Source of the DNA: Raja brachyura
Taxonomy: Eukaryota
DNA length: 64,000 bases
Assembly (NCBI GenBank): GCA_963514005.1
Contig: OY740791.1
Location: 51,026,001 to 51,090,000, forward strand
Direction of reading: 5' to 3'
The notes below the pieces were generated by a model that had not been told where the DNA came from, ran no database searches, and worked only from the letters and a program-made list of their open reading frames with translations. The translations under genes were made by a program, and so were the position numbers. This document shows, piece after piece, positions 1 to 13,239 of this stretch; position 1 is the first letter of the stretch, and every line of letters begins with the position of its first letter.

Positions 1-877
1 AGATCTTACAAGTGTAAATCTCTTCTCTTAACCTTTTGTCAATCTCTCTTTGCCTAACAGTATAATGCCCTGATGCATCCTGAATGCATTTCTCCCTTTT
101 ATTTTAAACTAAGCACGCAGCAAAAATATCACAGGAGGAAGAGAGATAAAAAAGAGTGTGTATGGAGGAACTGCAGATGCTGGTTTAAACCAAAGATAGA
201 CACAAAATTCTGGAGTAACTCAGCGGGACAGGCAGCATCTCTGGAGAGAAGGAATGGGTGATGTTTCGGGTCGAAACCCTTCTAAAGACAGTAAAACTAG
301 TTGAGTTGCTGCCTCACAGCTCTGGCAACCCGTATTCAATACTGATTGATCTTTTGTGTAGTCTGTGTGGAGTTTGCAGATTTCCCCGTAACCATGTGGG
401 TTTCCTCCAAGTGCTTCGTACAGATTCATACAGCATGGAAACAGGCACTTTGGCCCAACTTGCCCTTGCCAACCACAATGCCCCAACCTTACTAGTTCCA
501 CCTTCCTGCATTTGGTCCATATCACAAACCTTTCCTATCCATGCTGAAGTCCATATAGACAACGCCTATAGCTTTCACCTCATCAAACTTTTAAGTTACT
601 TCTTCAAAAAACACAATCAGATTCATGAGACACAATCTCCAGTAGCTTGTCCACCACAAATGTTAGGCTCACTGTGTTTTTTGCTCACATCACAATAATG
701 TGCGGGTTGACAATTTGACACAAATAATTGTTCCTAGTGCATAGGTGGGTGGTACAATCTGGGAGGTGTTGATGGGAATATGGGGAAGACAAAGTGGGTT
801 AAGATGAGATTCACGTCAATGCTTTGGCATGGACATTGTGGGACAAAAGGCCTATTTTCATGCTGTACTTTAAACTC

Positions 878-1110
878 TAGAGATACAGACCCTTTAGCCC
901 ACCAAGTCCGCGCCGGCCAGCAATCACCCCATACACCAGCACTATCCTACACACTAGGGACAATTTACAAATTTACCAAAGCTAATTAAACTACAAACCT
1001 GTACATCTTTGGAATGTGGGAGGAAATCCGGAGCACCCGGAGAAAACCCATGCGGTCACAGGGAGAATGTACAAACTCCGTACAGATAGCGCCTCTAGTC
1101 AGAATCAAAA
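878..1110 (-). mobile_element. tRNA-derived HE1/V-SINE-like SINE (partial)
   Basis: Reverse complement of the window's recurrent SINE body (ggttttctccgggtgctccgg...gtacaggtttgtag...gtatctctaga). Confidence 0.8.
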
Positions 1111-2384
1111 TTGACCGCATAACTCCATTACTAGTTCTCTCTATCACTCCATGAAAATCCTACGTGAACAAAATGTAGTTTGCCTACCATGACATAATGA
1201 ATCAGTCTGAAGAAATATCCTGACCCAAAACAATTTGTATCCATTACCTTAACAGTTGCTGCCTGACCCGTTGAGTTCTTACCTGACCTATTGATTTCCT
1301 TGAAACCTTTTGTTTTTTGCTGAAGGTTCCAGCATCTGCAGTTTTTTTCTGCCTCCATGTAATGGATATAATTGGATAGGACATTTGGTGCTAAAGTTAG
1401 ATGATGTATCAGTTCTTAACCACATGCCCTTCAACATAAAACCCCTAACCCTTTTAAAGTCAACCTTTAAAAAATGTAACCTGCAAGTAATGTGCGTGTA
1501 TTCGGTATGAAATGCTGCATAGCTGATTAGTGTTTGATGCTGATATTGGGAGCATGAAATGGAAAGTATTCCATGATTATTCTTCACCTTGAAAAGCTCA
1601 AAATTCAGCTTAAAAGCTACAAATCTGTCAAATTAATGGAACTCACAGGCAATGGGCCCCTCAAACTATTTTCAGTCATTGGCAACGTTTTCAGCAATGT
1701 GACTAAGGAAGATGGTTTCTACTGCAAAACAAAATGTGATTAGAAATAAACAATGCATAATCACTCTCTATAATAGATCAATGCGATCAACAATCAGCAC
1801 GATGATAAATAAAAAAAACACCAATAATGCATTTCCAGAAAAACAGACACAGAGCGCAGGAGCCATCAGCAGGTCAGAAAGTATCTCTGGAGAACAGGGA
1901 CAGGTGACATTTTGTGTTGGGACCCTTCAGACTGAAAGATAGAGCCACTAAAAGATAGAGATATAGAGACTCCATCCTCCAGGTGGGTGGGGTGGGGGTG
2001 GGGTGGGGCGGGGGGGATGGACAGGGAGAACAAAAGAGAAGACATGTGAAAGAAGAGTTTAAGTGATAGGAGGTAGATACAAAATGCTGGAGTAACTCAG
2101 CGGGACAGGAAGCATCTCTGGAGAGAAGGAATGAATGTGTGATGTTTCGGGTTGAGACCCTTCTTCAGACTTAAGTGATAGGAGTAGTGATTGTGATTAA
2201 GGGGTGTAAAATATATGGCTGGATGAGATGGGATATGAGGAGATGAATAGCAGAAGATGAGAAAGATAAAAGCTGAATGCTGGAAATATGAGATGCAATA
2301 CTGGATTGACTCATAATCGGAAATTGTTGAATTAATTGTTGATCCTGAAAGCTCTAATGTACTAATTTAGCCTACAGGCTGTTT

Positions 2385-2655
2385 AGGTTAGCGATACAGT
2401 GTGGAAACAGGCCCTTTTGCTCATCGAGTCCACGCCGACCATCGATCAACCGCACACTAGTTCTCTGTCCGACACACTAGGGGCAATTTACAGAGGCTAA
2501 TTAACCTACAAACCTGCATGTTCGGAATGTGGGAGGAAACCAAACTACTCGGGGAAAACCAATCGGGTGAACATGCAAACTCCACACAGACAGCATCAAA
2601 CCCTATAGTCTCTGGCGCTGTGAGGCAACGACTCTACCACTGTGTCACTGTGATA
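2385..2655 (-). mobile_element. HE1/V-SINE-like SINE
   Basis: Same SINE consensus; tRNA-like head (gtggtagagtcgttgcctcacagcgccag) on the minus strand. Confidence 0.8.
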
Positions 2656-2754
2656 CTCTGTTCCTTCAGATAACGATGAGTTTTGTTGAAACAGTGTCAG
2701 AGGCCAAAGCTAGAGAAGTCAGAGTGGGAGTGAGATGGAGGCCTATCTTGAAAC

Positions 2755-3425
2755 ATATAAGAGTCATACAGCAGAGCAACTGGCTCTTTGGCCCAACTTG
2801 TCCATGCTGGCCAAGATGCCCCATCAAGGCTAGTCCCATTTGCCCATATTTGGCCTAAATTCCTCTAAAGCTTTCCTATCCAGGTACCTATCTGAGTATC
2901 TTTTAAATGCTGCTATAGCACATAATTCAACTAGCTCCACTAGTCTGAAGAAGGGTCTCGACCCGAAACGTCGTCAATTCCTTCTCTCCATAGATGCTGC
3001 TTCACCCGCTGAGTCCCTGCAGCATTTTTTGTCTAGCTCCACTAGCAGCTTGTTCTAGAGGCCAACCACCTTTTGAGTGAAAATTCTGCCTCTCAGGCTC
3101 CATTTAAATCTTTCCCCTCTTGTCTTAAACTTATGTTCTCTTGTTCTTGATTCCCCAACTCTAGGTAAAAGACATAAAATGCAGGAGTAACTCAGCGGGA
3201 CAGGCAGCATTGCTAGATATCTTTGTATCTATCTTCAGTGTAAACTATCCTCTATATTCCTACATATTTTGTCTGGGGAAAAGACTCTGTCCAGTCATAC
3301 TATTTATTCCTCACATGATTTATACACCTCTTTAAGACCACCCCTCATCCTCCTGCTCTCCAAAGAATAAAGTCCAAGCCTGCCCAATCTCCCCCTATAG
3401 CTCACTCAAGCCCTGGAGTCCTGAA
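2755..3425 (-). mobile_element. CR1 LINE 3' fragment interrupted by Penelope terminal fragments
   Basis: Degenerate CR1 3' end similar to 18210-19040; ctgaagaagggtctcgacccgaaacgtc insert at about 2945. Confidence 0.7.
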
Positions 3426-3563
3426 CGTAGCAACGAGGTTGAAAACTCCTGTAATACTGCTACCTGGCTGAATAGTATTTTTGTCAAATGGGTAATTGCT
3501 CAGGTTATGACTATGCAACCTTGTCTAAAGTATTAATGGCACCTTATGTTGAGTGCTTGGATC

Positions 3564-4415
3564 AAAGGTACATATGTACAAAGGTACAAAGGTATTTATT
3601 GGTCACGTACACCAATAGGTGAAGTGAAATGTTTCTTGCCAATGCAGCACATAAAAAAGAATACAGACAACAATAATAGAGAGATTTCTAAACACAAAAA
3701 ACTTCCCCCCACAATGGTTCCCATTATGAGGGAAGGCACAACGCCCAGTCCCCATCCCATGTCCTCCCATAGTCAGGCCTATTGAGGCCTCCGCAGTCGC
3801 CTTCACGGAGGCCCGATGTTCCAGGCCGTTCCCGCCGGGTGGTGGTGCCCCAGCGTCGGGAGAATCCTCTCAGCGGCTTGGCACACCTGGAACGGCCGCT
3901 TCCTTACCGGAGTCCGCGGCTTCCAAAGCCAACAAGGCCGCGCTGAATGGAGCTCCCCTCCAATGGCTCCCGATGTTGAATTCAGCGCCGCCGCCCGCAG
4001 CTGGCCGCTCCACAGACCCGCGGCTCCGCGATGTTTTTTTTTTGTCGGTGGTTTCAGCTCACCGGAGTTCCAACGCGGTGACCCAGGCAAGGGATCGTCC
4101 GCTCCGCCCCGCGATGGGCTCCAGCGCTGCGCCGCTGCCGAAGCCGAGGTTCAGGGCAGTCTCCTCAAGAAACGCCACTTCAGGCCCGCTGGTAGGCCAC
4201 GAGGACGGGTCAAAGATGCAGCCCGGAGAAAAGCTGCCTCTCCGACCAGGTAGGGACCAGGAAAAGTAGTTTCCCTCTTCCCACCCCCCACCCCCCACAT
4301 AAAAAAAGAATAAACTCCAAACAAAATACTTGAACTCACTAAAAAATTGTTTAAAAGAGTGAAACACAGACAGCTGCAGGCTGGGCAGCCATACCATACA
4401 GGACAGCGCCCCCTA
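3564..4415 (-). mobile_element. GC-rich non-autonomous non-LTR retroelement (bipartite type)
   Basis: Minus strand: 5' ggggcgctg head, T-rich and G-rich tracts, GC-rich core, 3' hairpin (cacc-tatt-ggtg), AATAAA and short-repeat tail. Confidence 0.65.
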
Positions 4416-4442
4416 TCGACGATGGTAATTACCAACGGGGAA

Positions 4443-4485
4443 TAGAACAACAAAGGATAGAACAACAAAGGATAGAACAACAAAG
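4443..4485 (+). repeat. 15-bp tandem repeat, about 3 copies
   Basis: tagaacaacaaagga repeated. Confidence 0.9.
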
Positions 4486-4740
4486 CTGGATTTGAACATT
4501 CAAATGAGAAACTCACTACAGAACTAAGCCTCATCCATAAACATGGGAGATCTGCATACGGCCAACTTGGTCCATAATTATATTTTCCAAAGACGTTGAT
4601 TCACATCGCTGAACACAGAAGTGCAGAGATGCAAAGCTTGTCCCTTTTTGTAATACATGAGTGATCTCATTTTTACTGCTAGTTGAGATGTTCGCATACT
4701 GTGTGCCTGTCACTCTCACTAACTTAATTGCTCATTTTAG

Positions 4741-4900
4741 ATTTGGATACTGCATTTTCCATCTAACTGCAAGAACCTCAGCTTTGAGCAGCATGAAGGC
4801 ACAAGCTAATAAATGCTTCCCTGATCAAAAGAGTGCTTTCAATCCACCTTCAGTGTGGTTTCTTACCGAAAAATCAGAACACTCTTACTGGGTAATCAAG
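4741..4900 (+). CDS. Candidate internal coding exon, product unknown
   Basis: ctcattttag acceptor, aag|gtgaga donor, one open frame (FGYCIFHLTARTS...SYWVIK) in non-repetitive DNA; no homology recognised. Confidence 0.25.
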
Positions 4901-6645
4901 GTGAGATGTTAAAACCAGTCTGCAATCATTGTTTGGTTGGAGTTCACGGTTGCGGCCATGTGCAGCAATCATTTTCTACAGTTTCAAACATATATTTCGC
5001 TTCTGTGGTCATACTGTGATAATTTCTTCTGGCAGTTAGTGATTTTCCTTTTTTCCCCGTTGGTAATTACCATCAATCAGGGCTTCACAAAATACTTGTA
5101 ATCATTACAATCAGTTCTTCTGAATGCAGAAAATGAGAGTTAAATGATACAACTGTAATGTACATTTATCGTTACTTTGTAGGAGAAGGTGCACGCTAAA
5201 GATTGAGAAGAAATTGTAACTCGGTTTTAGAATCATGGATGCAAGGGATACAAGTAGATAAAAGGAACTGCAAATGCTTGTTTATAAGTCTGGTGAAGGG
5301 TTTCAACTTGAGATATTACTCCACATTCTCCAGAGATCCTGCCAAACCTGCTGAGTTACTCCAGCACTCTCTGTCTGTTTTTACAAGAAGTGGGGTGAAT
5401 TCATTGTGACAGACGGCTGTGGAGACCAAGTCAATGGATATTTTAAGGTGGGGATTAACAGATTCTTGATTAGGTGTCAGGGGTTATGAAGAGAAGGCAG
5501 AAGAATGGGGTTGGGAGGGAAAGACAGATTAGCCACAAATTGCTTGATGGGTCAAATTGCCCAATTCTGCTCCTCAAACATTTGAATTTATGAAGAGATT
5601 TCAACTTGCTCTCAAAGCATTCTTTGGTGATAACAAAGATATCCAAGGATGTGAACAGTGGAACTACCAGGACGACTAGAGAACAGGGAATGCAGGGAGT
5701 ACTTGAGATTAGAGAAATCAACACCTGTACTGCTGGGTTGTAAACTGTCCAAACAAAATATAGGGTGCAGAATATTAGGTGCAGGAATTGCACCATGGAT
5801 TTATCAGAATGATCACTAGAATTAAAGGTGAATATTATGAAAGATTGCAAAAAAACAACACTGCACTCCCTAGAGTTTAAAAAGCTAAGGAACGTCATGT
5901 TTTATCATACTAGTGGGAGGTGTAAGATCAGATGGAAAATAACTATTCATTTGAACTGGGGAGTCTAAGAATAAATGTCAGGACCTAAAATTTACACCTG
6001 AGATTTCAAGAGCAAAGTAAGGAAATACTTGATACACATAGGATGGGAGAAAAGCTCTTCCATTATTTTTTTTGGGGGCCTACCAATTATTAATAACAAT
6101 CAGGAAATTATATATTTTTTATACATAGAAAAATGCAGCACAGAAATGGGTCCTTGTGGCCCACCTTTTATATGCCGATTGATGCTTATACTGTATATTC
6201 TAATCCAATTTCCCATGTTAGGCCCATATCCTTATATTCTTTTTTTATCCTGGTACCTATCCAAATGCATTTTAAACATAGCAGTAGTATCTGCCCTCCA
6301 TCTACCCATGTGAAGTTCTTACTCATCACACACTTTTTAAATTTCTTCTCTCCTACCTGAACCTTGTTCCTTCTAATTCATCACTCTCACCTTAAACCTG
6401 TGCCTTGGGAAAACTATTATATCTATGCCCTCCATAATTTTGTAAACCTCTATAAAGTCACAAATTAGCATTTTATCTTCTAGTGAGAATAAGTCCATCC
6501 AATGTAATCTCTCCTTATGACTATAACCCTTCTTTTGAGGCAACATTCCAGTGAATCTCTTCTGCACTCTTTGTATTACAATCGCATCCTTAATGTTCGG
6601 ACGGTGAGAGGTATTAATGGACGTGGAGTCAGGTTCTATAACAGC

Positions 6646-9558
6646 CAAGGCCAGCCTTAAGCCGATTGGACCGATTGCTCCCAATTGGGCCCCGCGAGTC
6701 AGGGGGGCCCACGCCAAAGTAATTTACTCTTGGCTCGGGTAGATCTACCCTGGGTGGAGGGGGGAGAGAGGGGCGGAGAGAGAGTAGAGGGATGGAGGGG
6801 GAAGAAAGGGGTAGACTGGGAGGGGGGTGTGAGGGGGAATGGAGAAGGGGAGTGGGGGAGGTGGGTCGTTCGCTCACGGCAGCGCTCCCGCCCCTCCAGT
6901 CACCTTGCTTCATGCACACAGCCCGGCTCCACCCAGTCTCTCCCCAGGGAGACGTGGAGAACAATACACGGGCCGGGCCGGGGGTTGGAGTAACGTTTAC
7001 AAACATCGGCCTCAGCTCACACCCGTCCGCCCGGACCCCGGCATCCGCTCCTGCCGCCGGCCCTCTCCCTCCCTTCTCTCCTTCCCTTCTTCCATCCCTC
7101 CCTTCTCTCCTTCCCTCCCTCCTCTCTTTTTGTTCTTCTCTCATTCACTCCATCCCTTCTTTCACTCCTTCCCTCCGTCATTTCTCTACTTCCCTCCCTC
7201 CCTTCTGTCCTTTCTCCCTTACACACATAACACACAGACAACTAACACACACAACCCAAAGGGTAGGATCAGGGGGCTGAAGCACAAAATGTAATGCCTG
7301 GACTGATTTTTCAGCAATGGTTTAAGAAGGAACTGCAGATGCTGGAAAATCGAAGGTAGACAAAAGTGCTGGAGAAACTCAGCGGGTGCAGCAGCATCTA
7401 TGGAGCGAAGGAAATAGGCAACGTTTTGGGCCGAAACCCTTCTTCAGACCCTTCCTTCGCTCCATAGACGCTGCTGCACCCACTGAGTGTCTCCAGCACT
7501 TAATTAAATTACTTTTTTTTTCATTTCAGTCACTAAAACAGTATTGTAACTATGTACTTTTCAGAGGTGATCTACCCATTTTGTTTGTTACTTGTAGCAG
7601 GGCTGCCAACTCTCACGCATTCAGCGTGGGACTAACGCATTTTGAGGAATTCTCACACTCTCACGTTGATGACAGAAGTTCTCACGTTTAAAAAAATAAT
7701 TAAATAAATAAAGTCAGACTTCACCACACTCACCAATGAGAATAGTTTTTTGTCGGCGGGTTCCCCGTAAAGAATGTCCAAATTGGCTTAAGCCCATCGC
7801 ACACTATTTAAAATGGCAATGTAGACAAAAATGCTGGAGAAACTCAGCAGGTGCGTATCACTTCGAAGAAAGATTTGATAACTGGGATTGTATTCTCTGC
7901 AGCAATGGAGGTGAAGAAAATACTTAGTTGAGGTGAATAATATTATGAGAATAGGACCTGTTTTGCTTAACAAAGACTGTAAGAAGGAACTGTAGATGGT
8001 GGTTTAAACTGAAGATAGACACTAAAAGCTGGAATAACTCAGCAGGACAGGCAGCATCTCTGGACAGAAAGAATAGGTCATGTTTCGGGTTGAGACATTC
8101 AGACTGAAGAGGTTGAAAACCAGCCAAAAAGTATAATGACTGGAGATGTGTGTTATCCAACTAAGGGCAGAAATCAGATTCATGTGTTCAACTTTATTGA
8201 CATGACGCCATAATAAATATAGTACAGAAAAATAATTTAATGGGTGGCACGGTGGCGCAGTGGTGGAGTTGCTGCCGTGCAGCACCACAGACCCCGATTG
8301 GATTCTGACTACGGGTGCTGTCAGTACAGTATTTGTACATGCATCATTTTTCCAGCATCTGCAGTTCCTTTAACACTTTGTCTACTCCACTGCGAAATCT
8401 CCTCAAGGTATGCCTATGAAGAAGTTCTCCTCCTCCCTCCAGAGACAGTTTCACAACCTCCTCTCTAATTGCCCCCCCTATTTGATTCCCCCTTCCCTCC
8501 AACTCTTCTCCCCTTCCTACCTCTCCCTCAGCCCTTGGGCTCTTCCTCCTCCTTTTTCCTTTCTTCCACCCGCCTCCCCCCACCCCCCATCAGTCTGAAG
8601 AAGGGTTTCGGCCCAAAAAGTTGCCTATCTCCTTCACTTCATAGGTGCTGCTGCTCCCGCTGAGTTTCTCTCAGCATTTTGTGTACCCAGTATATGTTCA
8701 TTCTCCTTATGACCATATGGTTTTCTCTGGATATTCCGGTTTCTCCCACATCCAAAGGAAGTGCAGGTTTGTAGATGAATTGGCTTCTGTAAATTGTGCC
8801 TGGCATGTAGGATACAACTGGTATATGGTAGATTGCTGGTCGGTGTGGCTTTATGGGTCGAAAGGCCCGTTTCCATATATATTTTACATATATCTTAATT
8901 TCATTGAACTATATATGGTTGAATATGTGGCATTATTTCCGTCTTGTTTCTATAGTCAAAGGGTAAGGTTGATTGATTTATTTGTGCAGAACAGTGATGG
9001 AAGTCTAACTCCGCTTGCCTTGTTTCTATGTTTTTGTTTCTCTCTATATATGCGTAACAGCATGAATTATAATCTGATTTCCGTACATGAATATACTAAG
9101 GTATATGTGCTGCACCTGTTGATAAGAGCCTGGCTCTACTGTGGAATGTAATTAGGAATGAAGTTTAGCCTAACCTTATTCATGCCTAATCCAATTTGAA
9201 GCATAAATGTTGCATTCAAGTGTAAGTTAAAAGACTCGCTACAGTATGTACCAGATTGCACAATTTCAAGCTGAAAACTGCCAAAGCTCCTTACCGTGGT
9301 GGGGGGACACCCCCCTCCCACACCTGCCCCCCCTCAGTCGCTCCACTCCCTCACAAGTTCTCACTCTCAACCCTCACCCAATGTTGGCATCCCTGCTTGT
9401 AGGCTTACATGTATGCAATTTAATATTTAAATGTAGCTTAGATCTGTTTGCTCCATTAAGTCAAATGCATTTCTATGAATCTACAGACCTTGGCTGGGAA
9501 CCTGGGTCTCACCAAGATTGTTCCCAATTGGGCCCCGCACATCCTAAGGCCGGCCCTG
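6646..9558. mobile_element. Putative hAT (Tip100-like) non-autonomous DNA transposon with nested insertions
   Basis: Ends caaggccagccttaag and cctaaggccggccctg are inverted; gattgYtcccaattgggccccgc occurs near both ends; 8-bp flanks match only 5/8. Confidence 0.55.
7598..9395. mobile_element. hAT-like non-autonomous DNA transposon (CAGGGCTGCCAAC TIR)
   Basis: TIRs cagggctgccaac / gttggcatccctg; cttgtag directly flanks both ends; ctcac-rich subterminal repeats. Confidence 0.8.
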
Positions 9559-9809
9559 GTAAAAACAAAAGCCTCATTTAATGGTTCAATAGGCTTCACG
9601 GGGAAACATTGATCTCTTCTTTAACTAGTTCAGGTTTTGAAGAAGGGTCGAAGATTTCATGTTCACCTGGTGGAGTGGGAAAGAAGTAATGCAGTGGTAT
9701 GTATTCATAAATTATGGGGTCAAAATGTCTTGAACTCATAGAATATATCCTGTTATATTTAACTTTATAACAGATTGAGTTTGGCAATACAACTCTTGAT
9801 TACCTGAAT

Positions 9810-10370
9810 ATAGGTTCTATATAAAACATGATTATACCCAGTTCTGGTCTACCCATTACTGGAAGGGTATGAAGGCTTTGGAGAAGGTGCAGAAGAGGTT
9901 TACCAGAATGTTGCCTGGATTAGGGGAATAATATCTTGCACAGGTTTGACAAATTAGATTGTTTTCTCTGAAGCACCGGAGGTTGAGGGGAGACTTGTTA
10001 GAAGTATCGAAAAATATGAGAGATATAGATAGGGTAGAGAGTCAGAACCTTTATCCCAGGGTGGAAATATCAAAGACTAGAAGGTGAGAGGAAAGATTAA
10101 AGGATATGTGTGGAACACGTTTTTTTTCACAGAGGGTAATGGGTGCCTGGAATACAACAGGGGTGTGGGTGGAGGTAGATACAATGGTGACATTTAACAG
10201 GCATTTAAATAGGCACATGGATATATACAGTGTGCATGGAATGGAGGAGCTGGGTCATGTGCATGCAGATGAGATTAGTTTACAGTGTCATCATGTTTGG
10301 CATAGGCAATGTGGGCCAAAGGAACTGGTACTCTGCTGTGCTGTTCTATATCCTATCTATGTTCTCTGAT
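9810..10370 (+). mobile_element. CR1 LINE 3' fragment (degenerate)
   Basis: Degenerate match to the CR1 RT C-terminus (FWSP, VQKRFTRMLPG) and 3' UTR. Confidence 0.75.
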
Positions 10371-10407
10371 GTTACCTGACCTGCCGCGTTACTCCAGCCT
10401 TTTGTGT

Positions 10408-10890
10408 CATAGAAACATAGAGTGTGGAAACAGGACCTTCGGCCCAACCTGCCCATGCCGACCGATATGCCTCGTCCACACTAGTCCCCGCCTGCCTGCT
10501 TTAGGCCAATATGCCTCTAAACTTGCCTATCCATGTATCTGTCTAAATGCTTCCAAAACATTGTGATAGTACCTGCCTCAACTACCTCCTCTGGAAGCTT
10601 GTTCCATACACCCACCATACCTTGTGTAAAAAAGTTACCCCTCAGGTTCCCATTAAATATTTCCACCACCCCTCACCATAAACTTATGTTCTCTAGTTAT
10701 CGATTCCTCAACTCTGGGCAAAATGATTTTGTGGGTTTACCTGATCTATTACTCTCATAATTTTGGACACCTCTATAAGAAATCTTTCTGCACCCCAAGA
10801 AACAAAGTGCCAGCCTGCTCAGCCTCTTCCTTTAGCTCAGTCCCTCAAGTCCTGGTATCATCCTAGTAAATCTCTGAACCCTTTCAATCT
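10408..10890 (-). mobile_element. CR1 LINE 3' fragment
   Basis: catagaaacatag tail followed by reverse CR1 3' sequence. Confidence 0.75.
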
Positions 10891-12480
10891 TTCCTATAAC
10901 ATGTCTTCATGTGTCTTCTTGTGTGTTCTATGTTCTATATTCTTTCAGCTGAATATGGTACTCTAAATATGTGATGAGTGCTATTAATAAACGGCACTTA
11001 AAAATTAGATAAACTATTCACCCTTATCCATTCTTTCTTGTCCCTAGTAAGTGACATGTTTCCAAAACCCAGTTGTGTCATTCCGCATCACTCCATACTT
11101 TATCTTTGTCTCCATCGCCTACACTTTTCAAGTTGACTGCACGACTAAACCTGGCTCTTTACCTGTGTTCCTGCATAAAATATAAAGAAAAAATGTTGAA
11201 AGCTCAAACGATATTCTGTTCCTTATCTTCCTTTCTATTGAACAATGCCCTGCTGTTTGCCTCTTTGATGAACAGAAAGAACGTGAAACCAGCGTATGGG
11301 AGGTATTGTCATGTGTTTCATCTACATTAGATCTATTCATTCGGAAATTTCTTTGGATTCTTCAGATTTTGTTACGTTATTATGTTAAAGAGCCAAATAT
11401 TAAATGCAATTCTGGAGAAGCAATGGATTATTAAAATTAAGCAATACCGACTGTCAGAACAAACATGCAATTAGTGGGGATATAATAGGTGTTGATGTAT
11501 TTATTGTTTATCATTAAAAATTCAGGCCATTAAATAGAGGAGGGGGCGGGAAAACATCTCAGCAGCACACAGTTACAAAACTGGGTCATGTTTTCAAACT
11601 CCAAATGGTATTAGATGAAAAACAAGCAGGATTTAATGCCCCAAATAATGTAGATTTGCTTTTTCCATTTTTAGAATCTCTTCCACAAAATTCCAGAACT
11701 CTATGACAGTAAATGAAAATTTTGATTCAAACAGTAAAACTGGAATGATTCTTTTGAACAGAAGCAATATGTTGAGAATGCTGGACATCTGAAATAACAA
11801 CACAAGTTTCTGTAAGTGCAAAGTAGATCAGGTGGATGAAAAAAGGGAATTAGTATTTCATCAGAAGTGAAGACAAATGCAAAGATGTAATGGCTTTGAA
11901 GCAACTATAGATGCAGGGAAAGGGAAGTTTAAAGTGAAAAAATAAAAGGCAAGGCCTTGCAAAGTGTGTTTGACATTTGGATGTTGCTGACAATATATTT
12001 TTAAGATGCTTTACAGCAAAATCTAGTAAATTATGCAATATTTCCTTCAGAAATAAGTTCAAAGTTTAGATTAAGTGCAATTGCAACCTAGATAGAATAT
12101 TTTCTCTTTCCTTTGAATTATTTGTGATCTTGCAAGTGTGCAACCACAGCAAAGAATGTTAGCGTTGTGAAGTACACTAAAGTGAAAGAAAATAAAATAT
12201 GTCTTTTGAAATCAAACAAAGAAAACCATATCATATATCAGAGACTGTTATGATTAAAATATATATCTGTGGAGAATCTGAATTCCTAAATGATTCTCTA
12301 AGATTAAAATATATATAACTTAGAAGTGAATTAATAATCAATTTTGGTAATCAATTTTGGAAAGAGAGCATGTCAAGATAGGGTTTGCCAAATTCCAAGA
12401 TTTACACAGCTTCTTCAAGAGGGGCGAGTTAAATAAACCAAATTTAAAGAAATTGGTCATGTTCTCTTAATACCTTTTTT

Positions 12481-12790
12481 GGCGTGGCACCGTTGCACAG
12501 CGATAGAGTTGCTGCCTTACAATGCCAGAGTCCTGAGTTTCATTCTGACTACTCTTTCTGTCTGTATGAAGTTTGAATGTTCTCCCTGGTAATGTGTGGA
12601 GTTTTTCTGGATGCTCTAGTTCCCTCCCACACTCCAAAGACGTACATGTTTGTAGGTTAATTGGCCTTGGTACAAAATTGTAAATTGTCCCCAGTGTGTA
12701 GGCTGGTGCTAATATACAGGAGATCCCTGGTCGGTGCGGACTTGTTGGGCCAAAGTGCCTGTTTCATCATTGTATCTTTAGTCTAAATTC
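12481..12790 (+). mobile_element. Full-length HE1/V-SINE-like SINE
   Basis: tRNA-like head ggcgtggcaccgttgcacagcgatagagttgctgcc, conserved body, CR1-like tail. Confidence 0.85.
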
Positions 12791-13239
12791 TAAAAGTCTT
12801 TCAGCTATTCAACATTTTCAAACTGGAATTCAATCCTGGGTCACTGGCGCCATGAGGCAGCAACTCTACCACTGTGCCACTGTGCCACACTATTCTGAAA
12901 ACACAAGAGCACTCTTTGCCTTTTGATCACTATATTAAAATAAAAGCAGAGTTGCAAAGAAGACTTCTAGAATTACACAAACATATGAGCAAGAACACAT
13001 CAAGGTTTCATCTCCACCTCAGACTCTGATGGGTACCAAACACGTTCATGACTTGTTGGAGTGGAGTGTAAGCAGGACAAGTGCCCACCAATTGTGTCTG
13101 ATAGGGATTGTAACATTAGACATGCATTCATGCAGCTAGTGGAATTCAAGCCTCTGATTATTGGGATGCAGAGCCCTCAAAGAAGCAGTCATGAATTCAG
13201 GCAGAGAAAGATAATTTTTGGTAAATGTCCCCGTCCACC

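Noticed and set aside
3803-4269. CpG island with overlapping ORFs
   Set aside because: Core of a GC-rich non-autonomous retroelement, not a promoter or gene
9061-9100. Possible 40-nt exon (MNYNLISVHEYTK) with AG/GT
   Set aside because: Lies inside the TIR/TSD-bounded transposon 7598-9395 and its phase does not fit the other exon candidates
11022-11170. Minus-strand exon candidate with a good acceptor
   Set aside because: All three frames contain stops; an 8-nt microexon reading is unsupported
12481-12550. tRNA-like sequences
   Set aside because: SINE heads without a full cloverleaf, not tRNA genes
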